Origin: the human T2T-CHM13v2.0 reference genome, Homo sapiens
Reading direction: 5' to 3' (one strand)
Length of the DNA: 64,000 nt
NCBI RefSeq assembly: GCF_009914755.1
Contig: NC_060941.1
Within the stretch, counting starts at the first letter, position 1; every line of letters starts with the position of its first letter. Below are positions 19,850 through 37,483 of this stretch, piece after piece. Below the pieces are notes generated by a model. The model did not search any database, was not told the DNA's origin, and was given only the letters and a program-made list of their open reading frames with translations. A program made the position numbers and the translations under genes.

Positions 19850-20965
19850 TTGTCTACTCAGTATTTCCACTTGGAAATCTTAACTGGCAATGTTAAATTG
19901 ACGTTGCCAAAACTAAATTCTTGAGTTCCCCCACCCTCAAGTCAATCTCTGGCCTCGTTCTCCAGCCTCATTCTCCCAGTTGTTTAGGCAAAACACCTAA
20001 TAGTCATCCTTAGTGTCTTTCCTTCCTATAATATATATCTAATCCATTAGCAAGTCCTGTGAGCTTTACTTTCAAATATATCTTGAACCTGCCCACTTAT
20101 CCCTATCACCACTATCACACTGGTCCATGGCACCAGCATTCCTTACTTGGACCACTATTTAAAAAGTTTTTCTTAAGCCTTTTATTATAGAAAATTTCAA
20201 ACATACACAAAAGTAGAGGGAATAACTATGATAAGTAAGCCCCCATGTTCCCATCACATTTGAGCTTTAATTTGTGGCAAATTTTGTTTCTTCTACATCC
20301 TCACCCATTTTACCTTGCCCCTAAAGTGAAACAAACCCCAGGTGCTGTATCAAAAAAAAACTTCTTAACAGGTCTATCTGCAACCACTTCTGCCCTCGAT
20401 TATCTATCTACTCACCAAATAGCAACCAGAGTGACTTAAAAAACATCGATTGTACAGTGTCACTTCCCTGCTTAAAACCCTCCAAATGCTTCCTTTTGTA
20501 CTTGTAAATAAAAAAACCAGTCTTTAGCTTGGTCTTCAAGGACCTGTAACATCCTACAGGACTACTCCTCTGATCTTGTATCATCTCCCCTTTTGTTTAC
20601 CATGATCTATGATTCTTCTTTCTGTTTCTTCGATGTTTGAGGGACTTTGTGCTTTCTGTTCCCTACTTGGAATACTTTTCTTGTGGCCTATCATTATGTA
20701 AGTCTCAGCTTACATATCACTGCTCCTTCCCCCAATTCCAATCATACTCTATCCTGTTGTTCTGTTTTGTTTCCTTCAGAATATTTATCATAAACTAAAA
20801 TTATATTTATTTAGGTGTATACCTGTTGTGGTTACCTTCCTATAGTAGAATATAAGCTCCAAGAGGGCAAGGACTTAATTTTGTGCATCACTGTAGCTGC
20901 AGCACTGGAAATAGTCTAAGGCACGTATTAGCTGCTTGAACAATAGGTGATGGATGAATGAATTT
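19850..20965 (+). mobile_element. L2 3' fragment, interrupted by an old L1-like piece
   Basis: tccattagcaagtcctgt…, cacttccctgcttaaaaccctcc…, ends gatggatgaatgaat. Confidence 0.7.
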
Positions 20966-21762
20966 ATCCCAGTTTTTTCCACACTGTATGTCTGTCCTGT
21001 CACTGTAGCAGAAATTGTAATTTAGGACAAGTCTCACATGTAAAAGTAATAAATTATATAACTCAATATATGTGGCAGATTAATGGACTTTAAGATGTTT
21101 GATGATAGATTAGCAAATGAAGTTAAATCACCTCTATAATGTTATCAGACATTGATTCAATTTTATCCTTTAATAAAGTCCATGAAGCTAATAAAACCTT
21201 TGAGGTAACCTGCCAAATAGACTGAAACACACCTTCTAAAAACAAAAGAATCCACAGATGTCACTTTAAAAATCTGCATGCTGGCTGGGGGTGGTGGTGC
21301 CTTGATTTTATTTTGTTTTCATCTTTAAATAAAGCATTACTCTCTTGTGGTCTGTTGCACAAGCCTTCTCTCTTGTTACAACCGTGGTGTTCACATGCCA
21401 CCCTACTGTGGGTCACTCTGTTCCACTCACATTACGGGAACAACCTAAAACAAAATGTCTGAGTGACAGGATGAGTGGGCCACACCACAGACAGGAAATG
21501 AAATTCACACTTTTGCCAACACAGCAACTGCTGCTTTACTAAATGAAAATATTTTAAAAATAAAGGCTAAATATTCTACCTATTCACCAGGCAAAGTAAC
21601 AGCTTTGGACACTGTGGGTTCCAGTAAACAAAGCAGTTCGCTACATCTACAAAAGAAGTGTGTATATTTGTTGAAGAGTTTAAAACAACTGAACATACTT
21701 CAGTCACTCCTTTTGTGAGATAGGTAGTTTCTCTTTGACAAACACTATTTTAAGAACTTCCT

Positions 21763-22056
21763 GGCCGGGCGCAGTGGCTCACGCTTGTAATCCCAGCACT
21801 TTGGGAGGCCTAGGCGGGCGGATCACGAGGTCAGGAGATCGAGACCATCCTGGCTAACACGGTGAAACCCCGTCTCTACTAAAAATACAAAAAAATTAGC
21901 CAGGCGTGGTGGCGGGCGCTTGTAGTCCCAGCTACTCGGGGGCTGAGGCAGGAGAATGGCGTGAACCCGGGAGGCGGAGCTTGCAGTGAGCCGAGATTGC
22001 GCCACTGCACTCCCGCCTGGGCGACAGAGCGACACTCCGCCTCAAAAAAAAAAAAA
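21763..22056 (+). mobile_element. AluY
   Basis: CpG-rich, gagatcgagaccatcctggctaacacgg, TSD aagaacttcct. Confidence 0.95.
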
Positions 22057-22372
22057 GAACTTCCTGGTTTTTGGAGTTCAGCAATACTGTTTTTTTATAG
22101 ATACATTTGTTGCTTATGCTTTAAAGTATATGTAAGTACATTCTTGCTTTAAAGCATATCTAAATGTGTTATTTAAAATGAATGCAGGGCTTTCTCAAAG
22201 TAAGGGTTAAGGAGCTGGACAAGGGCTGTTGGTTAGTTCAAAGCCACCTGGACTCCAGAAACTCCTGATTATAAAAGAAAGGCCAGGAGTCAAACTCACA
22301 TATAGTATAAATATCACAAATTCACATATAAGAGAAAAGAGGCTTTCCTATTTGAAACACAAATGTCAATAA

Positions 22373-22882
<510 letters not shown>

Positions 22883-23197
22883 TAAGCGTGTGGCTGATTA
22901 CAAAAATCTCTTATCATAACAGAAAAAAATTCATAGCATGGAAGTGATAAAACAAAATTTATAACCACCACCAGAGTTTAGGTAGATAAAATTCCACTTG
23001 AAAATTAAATGCTTTATTTGCATATGAAGAAAATTATATGTAAATTTAATCACATATACTTTTGTGTAAGATAAAAGGTTGGTATATCTTGCCAGAATAG
23101 TAAAAGATTTATTATGTAAATATGTCTTCCTGAAACAGCTGCTTAAAAATTCAATTGACAAGGAGTTGTCAATTGTCTAATTAAAAAGTCTGTTCTT

Positions 23198-23602
<405 letters not shown>

Positions 23603-23883
23603 CTATGAAGTCATTTGTATGTGATTACAGATACCTAAGTTAAATATAACCCCGAAGGACTTAAGAAGCCCCACAGTAAGGAATGAATGAGATAAAGAAA
23701 ATACTATTTTCTTGATCTAAAGAGAATAATTAGCTGCTTGATACAAAAATGACAGAATCACCTTTCTAATAGAGCACTCCTGACAGTGAAGTTCTCCAGA
23801 GTCTTTATAACTTAAAAACATCTATGCTTCTCTTTGCCATAGATTGCTTGCTCAATAAGGGGAAAGTCATCCCTAGTTAAGAA

Positions 23884-23943
<60 letters not shown>
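23884..23943. repeat. (TA)n(GA)n microsatellite
   Basis: Read directly. Confidence 0.97.
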
Positions 23944-23945
<2 letters not shown>

Positions 23946-23949
23946 AATA

Positions 23950-24190
23950 ATAGCTAACTCAACTAGATATCTACTGTATGCTAGGTGCATTTTACATTAC
24001 TTTATTTAACCTTCCTAACAATTCTATGAAGTAGGTACTATTTTTACCCCCAATATACATGTAAGAGACTGAGGGCTCAGAGATCATAAGTTACTTGCCT
24101 AAAATCTATACAGCTAGTAAGCCTCAGAGCAAGGATTCAAACCAAGATTTGACTTGAAAGCTTATGCTCCAAATCATGCTCTACCATGTT
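23950..24190 (-). mobile_element. MIR
   Basis: aacaattctatgaagtaggtacta…gactgagggctcagaga…ggattcaaacc core. Confidence 0.7.
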
Positions 24191-24238
24191 GTTTTCGCTT
24201 TATGATATAGTTTATGGCGGACGAAATACAATGTCTTA

Positions 24239-24676
<438 letters not shown>

Positions 24677-26770
24677 CTACACTGAGGGGAATAAAGAACA
24701 TGTCTGAGATGAATCCAGCTGGGCTGGACAGTAGAGCAAGTTGTAATATCTGTTGGGAATGACAGTGGCATCTCAGTCTCAAAAAATGGAGGAAAGAGCA
24801 CTCGGCTTTAAATATATTTGGGAAAGTGCTCTGTGACAATCCTTTCTGATCAAAATCACTTCCTAAAGTATGACATTTGTTAACTGGTAGTTTCTTCTTA
24901 GACAAAGTGTGGAGGAAAAGGTCAACTAAGGGAAGAAAATATTTAACTGTTCTGAGGTTGAAATAATCTTTGAGGAATGTGGCCAGGGTGATCATCCATG
25001 ACCAGCAGGAAGGTCAAGGAAGCAAAACAAAGCAACAACATACCTGGCCTAACTGCTGAACGTCAGTTGGATAGAAATTCCACTGTTCTACATGCACACA
25101 TATAAGAAGAAATGGCTCATTTACTATGAGAAATCAAGTGGCACAAAGTAGATGTTATACTAAAATGAAGGAAGCAGATTTTCATGTTTATGTTTGTAAT
25201 GCCAAACTCTGGAGTTGGTTTGATATTTCTGCTTGAAGCCAAAATTAGCAGGCAAATTATTGTGTAATAACGACTGCATGCAGTATTATTGCACAAAGTG
25301 AGTTGGTTGGTATTTATGTTAAATTCAAGTACCACACATAATCTGAACTCATACTTTTGTCTTGAAGAATACTCATCTAGCAAAAACTTTCAAATATATT
25401 CCACTCTCCCAATATTTTTCTCCTCCTGATAAGCCTTCTCTGCTTCGTTGTTTAATTTTCAGATTCAAGGTGCTAGGACAGCTTCTGTCAACCCCACTAG
25501 GTGGAAAGGAATTCATGTTCCCACTTGGTGTGACCACACCACAGACAGGGAATTTCATAATAAAAAGTTTCAAATATCAGACCAGAGTTCAAGGAATTAC
25601 ACAACTATCAATACTAATGCCTAATGAAAAAATCTGGCCAAACCCCTAAAACTGGAAGGAAAAAGTAACTGTTCCTTGATGTATGCAACCTGGCTTCAAA
25701 AGTCAAAAGTACACCTCTAGGTAGTGAAGAAAATGTGATTCTGTAATCCTAAAGGAATTTAGAATACAACAGGAGAAAATCCAAACTCATATATTGTAAT
25801 GTTCTCTGTAATTAGACATTCCCGCCCTACCCCTGCAGCATGACCAAACATTGAATACTAGAATGCCCAGCCATACCTGGAACCCTCTCCCTGAGGGCAT
25901 TGACTTCCCAGACACATGCCTCTGAATGCAAGAGTCAGGATTATTTATCTCCTTATCACCAGACCAGCAGAGACTGGGCCACATGAGTAAACCAATTACC
26001 GGCCGAAGCAGAGAAGAGCTTAGGACTCTGGTTCTTACTCATTAACGATAACCATCAGACTTAGTTCCAGCTCATCTTCCACTTAAACTCTGTTGCACAA
26101 TGCCCAGCACAACTATACTAGGATGCAGCTATCTGTTTTTCCCCTTTCCTAAAACTGAAGGGGGGAAAAAGGATCTGTTTGTTCAAGATTGAGAGACAAA
26201 TTCCAATCTGGACGAAACTTCCTGGTCTTTTCACTACAGATCATCAATGGAAGGCAAAAACAAAACAAAAAACCAAAATTACTTGTTCTGTTCATTTTGA
26301 ATGTTCACTTACTGATACGATCTTCTAATTCCATTTTTGCTTTAACCATGTGCATCTTAGAAATGTCTGACAGAGACATAATTTAGGATCAATAATTTTA
26401 CCATTGGTCATACAATTAACCTTCTAGCTTTTACAGATGGGGCACATCTGCTTTGACATTTGTTGGTTTTGGCTGTTCAGCAATAGATTTATCTTTTTCA
26501 ATATCACCCTACTCTCCTTTTGGGGAATCCATTCAAATGTGGTTCTAGTGGCGTCCAACTCTGGAACTGCAAGGGGTTTTGTAGGAAGCTGGAATGTGGC
26601 TTACATCTGGCAGTTGGAAATTCTCCCCGTGGAATCTGAATCTCCCCTGGAAACTCTCCCCTGGGACCATACCCCATTATTCGTACTGCTTTAGATACAT
26701 GGGGAGTGTCGAGGTATGGGACACTCTGCTCCTGCTCCCTGGTCTTCCCTGAATGACTTTAGCTCTTTCC

Positions 26771-27316
26771 TTTGAACCCCAAATATCTGAGACAGGTCTC
26801 GGTCAATTTAGGAAGTTTATTTTGCCAAAGTTAAGAATGTATGCCTGTGACACAGCCTGAGGAGGTCCTGACGACATGTTCCCAATGTGGTCGGGGCACA
26901 GCTTGGTTTTATACATTTTAGGGAGACATGAGACATCAATCGATATATGTAAAATGTACACTGGTTCCGTCAAGAAAGGCGAGATAACTCGAAGTGGGGA
27001 GAGGACTTCCAGGTCATAGGCAGATACAAGACAAATGGTTGCATTCTTTTGGGTTTCTGATTAGCCTTTCCAAAGAAGGCAATCAGGTTTGCATTTATTT
27101 CACTGGGCAGAGGAGGGATGACTTTGAGTTCTGTCTGTCCTTTGTCCACAAGGAAATTCCTTGTGAGGGAGGTATGTAGCTTTTAAAAAACTTAGTAGCT
27201 ATCTTTTTAGGAATAGAATGGGGGGCAGTTTTGCCCTAAGCACTTCCCAGCTTGACTTTTCCCTTTGGCTTGGTGATGATTTGGGTGATGATTTTGAGAT
27301 TTATTTTCCTTTCATA
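26771..27316 (-). mobile_element. MER4A-family ERV1 solo LTR
   Basis: Minus-strand start t(a)tgaaaggaaaataaatctc and end gacctgtctcagatatttggggttca. Confidence 0.8.
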
Positions 27317-27410
27317 TGTCTGTTCTCTAAGTTTGGTCCTCTAGCCTCCCATTAGGATGTCTGACAACTTTCTGACAAATATTTTACTTATGATAGTTAA
27401 AATTCATTTC

Positions 27411-28301
<891 letters not shown>

Positions 28302-29075
28302 TCACTGCAAAGCTTGGTATGATGCTTGTTCTGTTTCTCTTTTTCTTTCTTTTTTTTTAGCTTTTAGCTTTTGGTTTGAGTTTTAAATTACTACCAAATC
28401 ATGAAAGATCAGAGCTGCAGGGCCTTTAGGGAGTCTAAGGCAGGGCTCTAAATGGAAGTAGTTGGGCCTAATTCACCATGTCTTGTGAGACCAAGCACAG
28501 ATCTAAAATAATTTTGACTTCTGAATACCTTTGAAAAGAACACACCCTATCCCATTCCTCCAGGTAGCCACCATTCTTGGACTTATACCAAGCAGCCTTG
28601 CTACAAAACACTTCTGAGTTTGCTAAGATCCAAGAGACCAGACCTTCTCATGACACCACTGCTGTCTTCTTGTCTTCCTCTCTGTGCAGCCACCTTAGCA
28701 AGGCTCAGTCTCAGTCTTGCCTCCAGTCACCATCCAAAAATAACCACCACCTCCCTCACCCCCAAACAAAAACCTAGGTGCTCAGGAAAGGAACTGGTCT
28801 CAAGTAACTTCCCAACACACAACTGACCCAGGTCCTCCTGGTAACTGACAGTGGTGGAGAGTTTTGTTTTTGAGAAGGTCCTCCTCCAAAGAGAGGAGAA
28901 ACTGCCTCAGCTCAAAGGAACCCATTTCCCTTACAGACTGAATCAACAAAGCTTCTTGGTCCTGCAGCCCTAAATTCTAGATGTAAATACTTTTTCAAAA
29001 TGGAAAAATTTAAAAGCTGTCTGGACTCAAAAGTAAATGACCTGAAAAGTTCTTTCTTAGTATTTAAAATGCTGG

Positions 29076-29134
29076 ATGTCTTGGTTACTAAGAGACATGA
29101 TGATGACCAACATGTCTCTTAGTAACCAAGACAT
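29076..29134. repeat. Perfect inverted repeat: 24-bp arms, 11-nt spacer
   Basis: atgtcttggttactaagagacatg-atgatgaccaa-catgtctcttagtaaccaagacat. Confidence 0.97.
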
Positions 29135-29681
29135 GGCACCAAGTTTAAAATAGGTGGGAATAAACAAACAAAATGAAAGGAGATTAACTCAGAAAAACTG
29201 TTCAGCATTTAAAAAATAATTTCATTTGCATGATTCAACAAATACCTTCCCAGGTATTTAAAAACACACCCGCAGAAGAAATGCAAATTAGGCTTTCAAG
29301 CATTTGGCCTAAGTGTCAAACCCTGCTTTCAGACCATTCTCTTTCACCCTTGGCAATGTGTCTTTGAGGCTAAGGTCATCTTCTGTTCTTTGTTGCTGTT
29401 ACCTTCTGATATCCTTGTCACTCTTTTTTTAACCCCTTATCTTGTCCAATCTTCTTTCCCCAATTCCCCAAATCCTACTATAATCTTAAGACATTTCAGT
29501 GTTCATACAGATGAACATCCAACAACTTTGTCTCAAAATTTTCTCATCCTCTTGGTCTTCAAAGACCTTTACTCCTTTTAGACTTCTAGTTCACAGGGTC
29601 CCTCTGGAAGTCACGAGTTCTTGATGGACTTAATTTCAGAAATTAAACTCACTTTCTGATTACAACTCCCTCTCCTTGTAA

Positions 29682-30434
<753 letters not shown>

Positions 30435-31151
30435 TCCATGTCCTATTTCTTAACTGGTTTCCCTACAGTCTATTCTCTTTGCTCCAGATTTCCCTTCATA
30501 ATACTACAGCTTAAAATGGTATGGTTATTTGATGTGTTATTTATTATTATTACATGTCTGAGCAGTAACTCTCTGTTTAGCACATTACCTGACACTAAAT
30601 AAATGTTTAGCAATTATAGTAATTATATGTGGAATAAATGAAAGAAAAGCAGCTGAACACTTAAGGAGATAAGAAACCATGTCTCTGGATGCCACAGCAC
30701 ATTCACGGTCTCAGTGCAAGGATATCAGAGATGACAGTAATGACACTGACTTGACTCAGCGGGGCACTTAACACCTCTGGACAGCTCCCTCTCCTACTCC
30801 TTTCCACTGTTATTCCAAACCCTCTCTACTCTCCCAAAGTCCCATTGCAACTTCTGTTTCCTTCAACTTTCCACAGTTAACTTGGCCTTCTATACTACCA
30901 AGAAAATGGAGGCTAGCTAGTGTGATTTCTCTCAATTACTTTCTCTCACCTGCAGACTTATCTCCTTTCTCCAATCTGAGAGAATGATGTGACCTATGTC
31001 CTTGGTCCCACTCCCTCATCTCCTAGTTTTCTCTCTCCAGTGACTACTTCTCCTCAGCCTGGAAACATGCTTAAGTCTGGTCTCTCATACCCTTAAAAGA
31101 AAACAACCTCCATGCCCCCAAACCTTAACTTGATCCTGTGTTCTAAGTTCT

Positions 31152-31615
31152 TATTTATTTATTTATTACAGTTGAACCCAGGTACCTTTCTCTTTGGCTT
31201 CTTTTTCTGATCATTTTCTTTCACGTGCTTCAGGAAGCTGTCTTGGCTCTTAGAGTGCTTTATGTGCTCAATACACACATTAATTAGAGTGCTTAATGTG
31301 CTCAATACACACATTAATTCTCTTGGCAAGAATCTTGCCCTCAACTTGTGTACAACAATGCCAGCAGCATGCTGGTTAACATTGTAGACTCCTTCAGTTC
31401 TGCCATGGTAACACTTGTGGGGCATTCCTTTTTGAACAGTACCCATTCCCTTGATGTCTACATTATCACCTTTCTTATAGATTCGCATATGCATGGCCAA
31501 AGGAACAACTCCATCTTTTCTAAAAGACCTAGAGAACATATATCGGGTGCCTCTCCTCTTTCCCTTTGTGTTTGTTTTTGGTGAATTACTGGAAGATGGC
31601 AGTTCCGGCTGAAAG
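31152..31615 (-). pseudogene. RPL21P123: RPL21 processed pseudogene, 3'-truncated (probably the copy catalogued as RPL21P123; name from memory, unverified)
   Basis: [16 protein letters not shown]…[10 protein letters not shown]…IEHIKHSKS homology, intronless, includes the 5'UTR, ATG lost, frameshifts, (TAAA)n tail, TSD tctaagttct at 31142-31151 and 31616-31625. Confidence 0.93.
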
Positions 31616-32035
31616 TCTAAGTTCTCTTTATTAAGAAGGAAGTCTCTACTTGCTGTCCCCATTTTCTTCCCTTGCCAGTCAATTTTTCTACCCACTGGCA
31701 TCTTGCTTCTGTCTCACCACTCCTCTGAAACTCCTCCCCCACTCTAAGTTTGCCAATGATTTCCCCAGTGATAGATCCTAAAGACAAAGACCCCTTTAGC
31801 TTAGCATCAATTTCTGTTCTTCATTTAATACCTAATGTGTACCGGCAAATCACTTTCTCCTTTTTGACTACCCTGCCCCTGCTCCCCTCAGTTTCTAAGA
31901 CATTAAGTCCCTCTGGTAACTCTCTGACCATTCCAGTTCCATATCCTTTGTCAGTAACCCTACCCTATCCACCGCCCTTAAAACAGAGAGTCTGTTTGAC
32001 CTTCAAAGTGCTTTGAAACATAAATTTATTGACAA

Positions 32036-32335
<300 letters not shown>

Positions 32336-32644
32336 TAATTGTACTTAAAAATCCAGCTTCTTTTGAAAAATCATAAAATTTGAACACACATGTCCATCTA
32401 GCAACAACTGGCCAGAGATGAGCAGTGGCTGCCATTTTAGACATGAGATGGTGTTAAGTGCTATGGAGAAAAATGAAGCAGAGAAAGAGTAACAGGGAGT
32501 GCTGCTGTGTATACTTACTTGTGTTATAAGCTATGGCAGGGAAAATCTCTTCACTAAGCTGACATTTAAACAGAGATCTGTAGGAATTAGGGGAGGCAGC
32601 CATGCAGCTGTTTGGAAAAAGAACATTAAAGGCAGTGGGGGGAG

Positions 32645-32762
32645 CTAGGCATGGTGGTGTGCACCTGTAATCCCAGCTACTCTGGAGGATGAGGTGGAAG
32701 GATCACTTGAGCCCAGGAGTTTAAAACCAGCCTGGGCAACATAGCTTGTGCTATCTGAAAAA
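32645..32762 (+). mobile_element. FLAM Alu monomer inside an L2 remnant
   Basis: Single left-type monomer. Confidence 0.75.
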
Positions 32763-33267
32763 AAGGTAGTGGGAGCAGCAGATATAAAAGGCCCTGAGGC
32801 AGAAGAATAACTGGCTAGCTTGGGAATTAGCAAGGAGGTCAGGGGCACTGAAATGTAGTTAGCCAACAATGAGTGGTAGAAAATGAGACCAAAGAGGTAG
32901 AGAAGGGCAAGTGGTGTAGGGTTTCAGTGTTTCTACTTTCTCATTTGTAATTCACTTTCCAACACATTGTAATTGGGATTTTCTTTTGCCTGTAAAATCC
33001 AATGAACATTTTCTCAGTCCTTATCAAATGCCTGACCATTTGATATGGTTAACAACCATCCACCTTCTTGAAACTTTCTTATTATTCCTTCTATGTTTCT
33101 GACTATTCCTTCACATTCTCATTTGTGGGCTCCTATTCTTTTGTCAACTTCTTAAATAGGATGTCTTCCACGATTTCGTCACCACTCCTCTCCTTGTTCT
33201 ATATACACTCTTCTGAATGTCTTTAGCCACACTTATGGCTATCACCATCCTGTATGTTGATGACTCC

Positions 33268-34005
<738 letters not shown>

Positions 34006-34255
34006 ACTCTCTGACTCTCTAAAAGATCAGATCTAACATCAGAGCCCCAGACCTATAAAATCAGCTGCCTACTGGATAGCTGTTGTTTATAATGGCAAGA
34101 ACTTCACCATTACTTCAGAAACTTTCATTTGTAGAAACTCAGAATCTGTTACAATGGCACGTCCATCAATGTTCTCTTTGGGAGTTGTGTGATGGTCATG
34201 GTAGTGGTTAGGTGTTGGCTTTGAGCACTGTGAAATAAAGTTAAAGAGGAGTTTG

Positions 34256-34438
34256 GGCCCGGTGTGGTGGCTCACGCCTGTAATCCCAGCTACTCGGGAG
34301 GCTAAGGCAGGAGAATCACTTGAACCCGAGAGGTGGAGGTTGCAGTAAGCCAAGATCGTGCCACTCCAGCCTAACAGCCTAACTGACAGAGCAAGACTCT
34401 GTCTCAAAAGAAAAAAAAAAAAGAAAAAAAAAAGAAAA
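34256..34438 (+). mobile_element. Monomer-length Alu (left-arm start fused to right arm)
   Basis: ggctcacgcctgtaatcccagc continues directly into tactcgggagg. Confidence 0.85.
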
Positions 34439-34640
34439 GGGGACTTTGTAACTATCATTTATTGAGTACCCACCTGTGTTAGGCATGATGCCTAGTACTT
34501 TACAACCACTATCTTAAAACAACTTGATGAACAGAAGTTCTTCCCATTTCACAGATGAGAAAACAAAGGTTTTGAGAGTAACTTGCTTAAACTTACCAAT
34601 TACACAACTAGTAAATTACAGAGCAGGAGTCAAAATGTAG

Positions 34641-34949
<309 letters not shown>

Positions 34950-36885
34950 TACAGGCCTATTTTCAAGTTTTGTTGTTTTTGTTTAAAACATCACTCCCTG
35001 GCTCTCTAGCATTTTGAATTCTTTGCCTGTTCTGTACAACAAGGACACCACAGTCCCATTGTAGTGTTATCCACCAATGTACCAATAGGGTTCTAAAAGT
35101 GAATTCTCAAATACTAGAACACCAAGGAATTTTTTTGTTATTTAAAAAATTGAGTCAGTTCAGTGCTACTTTATTTCAACCTTACCAGTAACTCTCAAAA
35201 TTAATTGGCCACAAAAACTGAACTCCATCTGCAAAACAACAGTTTCTCAATTTTCCTTACCAAACCATCTCTTCTATAGTTGTTTTCTACCTTACTAGGC
35301 TGAACATAAAAAATATATTGCCAGTAGGACCTCTTAAAAGTTCCTCAAAGTTACTAATTCCCAAATATTAAACCACGGGGAACAGAGAAAGGCATGGTAA
35401 AGTATGTTGAATCTCTTTTAAATCTACTGCCTGGTTTTCTCTACTATCGCTGGACTGCCTGACTTTTTAAAGTCCCTGGACAAATTCTTCTTTTCGTAAC
35501 TGTTTAAATGCATATTACAGATCCCTTGGGCCATGCACTAATGCACAAATGAAATCTAGGAGGGGCACTGCTGCCAGTGTTAGGTTCTGACACTTGCAAA
35601 AGCAGTTAACTTTTGTTAAAAAAAAAAAATTAACGATGATGGAGGAGGAGGAACAGGAGGAGGAAGAGAAAAAAATAGCAAAAGGCAAAGTCCAAATGAC
35701 AATTTAAGGACCTGTCAAAGAAAAGGGAAAAGAGAAAGCAAGTAGAAGTCACTGTCCTTAATTACCTCACAATTTTTCACCCATCCAGTGTTCTCTGTTT
35801 CCTAGTCTTTTCCCCTTACAGAATCACTACAGAATTGTAACACCATTACAGATGAAAAATTCACTCTACTGGTTTCTTGCAAATTTAATTTATTAAGCTT
35901 TCTTGATGTCCAATCCAATGTTTAACAGTTCAAATTCACTAAATGCACATTTTAAAGTAAATTTATGAAGACGCAATGATCCACAGCTCTTGGGGAGCTG
36001 GGGACAAAGAGATCACACAGTAGTATTTTGCAGTACTCTAGAGTGGGATGTGAAATAACAATAATTCCAAACATTTTAGTTAGGGTTTAGAAAAAGAGGA
36101 AAATAACCTAATCAAAATGATCCAAGAGTAAATTTAACTTTCATATGTGTTTTAAATGTATCAGAGAAAAGAAGTTAAGATTCATTATATATTTGCTCCA
36201 GCATAGAACGGACATTGCAGTATAATCCTACACTTGTTCCCTGGATTGCTTTTAGGTTTTGGTCGAGCTAGGTCCTATAATCTACCCCAGTGGCAACTCA
36301 GGACCCAGGAAAACAAGGGAAAAAGGAAAAACTTTTAACCACCGGCTTTACTACTAAAGGCAAAATTTCTCTGCAATGATTGGAAGGAAAGCTAGAATTC
36401 TGAGGGTCTTTTGTTTTCTCACACAGTAAGACAGCTAGAAAAGCTGTATGTAAATCCTGCAGACTTCCTAAGTCATCAGGGGACCCTAGACACCACAGGT
36501 CCAACCCTTCAAATGTCTAAGTATTGGGGATTACGGTTTCTGAAAGGAAGGTGGCTGAAGATATTCAATAACAAACTTTCTACCAAAACAAGGAAACATG
36601 GTCCATTTTGTTCTTTTTGTCAAACAAGAAAGGGAAAATGATGAGGAGGCATGGATGTGTCCTTATTCACCATTAAGAAGACAAAGGGTGAGACATAACA
36701 GCTCTGAAAAGGGAGACGACCAGTTACAAGTGAAACACTATTACTAACAAGATTAGTCAGGTATTAGAAGAAATGAGGCTTGCAACTCAACAAAGGGCAG
36801 AAAAGTATAGACATGTCTTTTTTCTAAATGAGACTGTCCTTGGGTGGGCAGGGTAATGTTTCTTGAAAGTCAATGTAATTTGTAA

Positions 36886-37182
36886 GGCCGGATGCAGTGG
36901 CTCACGCCTGTAATCCCAGCACTTTGGGAGGCTGAGGAGGGTGGATCACGAGGTCAGGAGTTCAAGACCAGCCTAGTCAAGATGGTGAAACCCCATCTCT
37001 ACTAAAAATACAAACATTAGCTGGGCATGGTGGCCGGCACCTGTAATCCCAGCTACTCGGGAGGCTGAGGCAGAGAACTGCTTGAACCCGGGAGGTGGAG
37101 GTTGTAGTGAGCCGAGATCGCGCCACTGCACTCCAGCCTGGGCAATAGAACGGGACATTATCTCAAAAAAAAAAAAAAAAAA
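36886..37182 (+). mobile_element. AluSg-like
   Basis: Full dimer, TSD aaagtca(a/g)tgtaattt. Confidence 0.92.
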
Positions 37183-37483
37183 GTCAGTGTAATTTACAAC
37201 AGCAGTTTCTAAATATTAAAAAAATCCTTCACACATGTTATATGTCTTACTTTTAAAAAGTTGGATCTCAGTCATACTCTAGAGTACTTGGGTTTCAAAA
37301 GTCAGAAAGGAAAATAAAAATAAGGACTCATCGATGGAGTACTGATAAGCTGCAATGTCCTTTGAGTAACTCAAGACCAAAAACCAAAAGATAATGCCAG
37401 GAGAAAAACAGGGAAGTGGCTAAATGACAAAGTATCTGAACTTCTGCTTAAGACAAAGGACACAATTACGCAAAAAGCTATGC

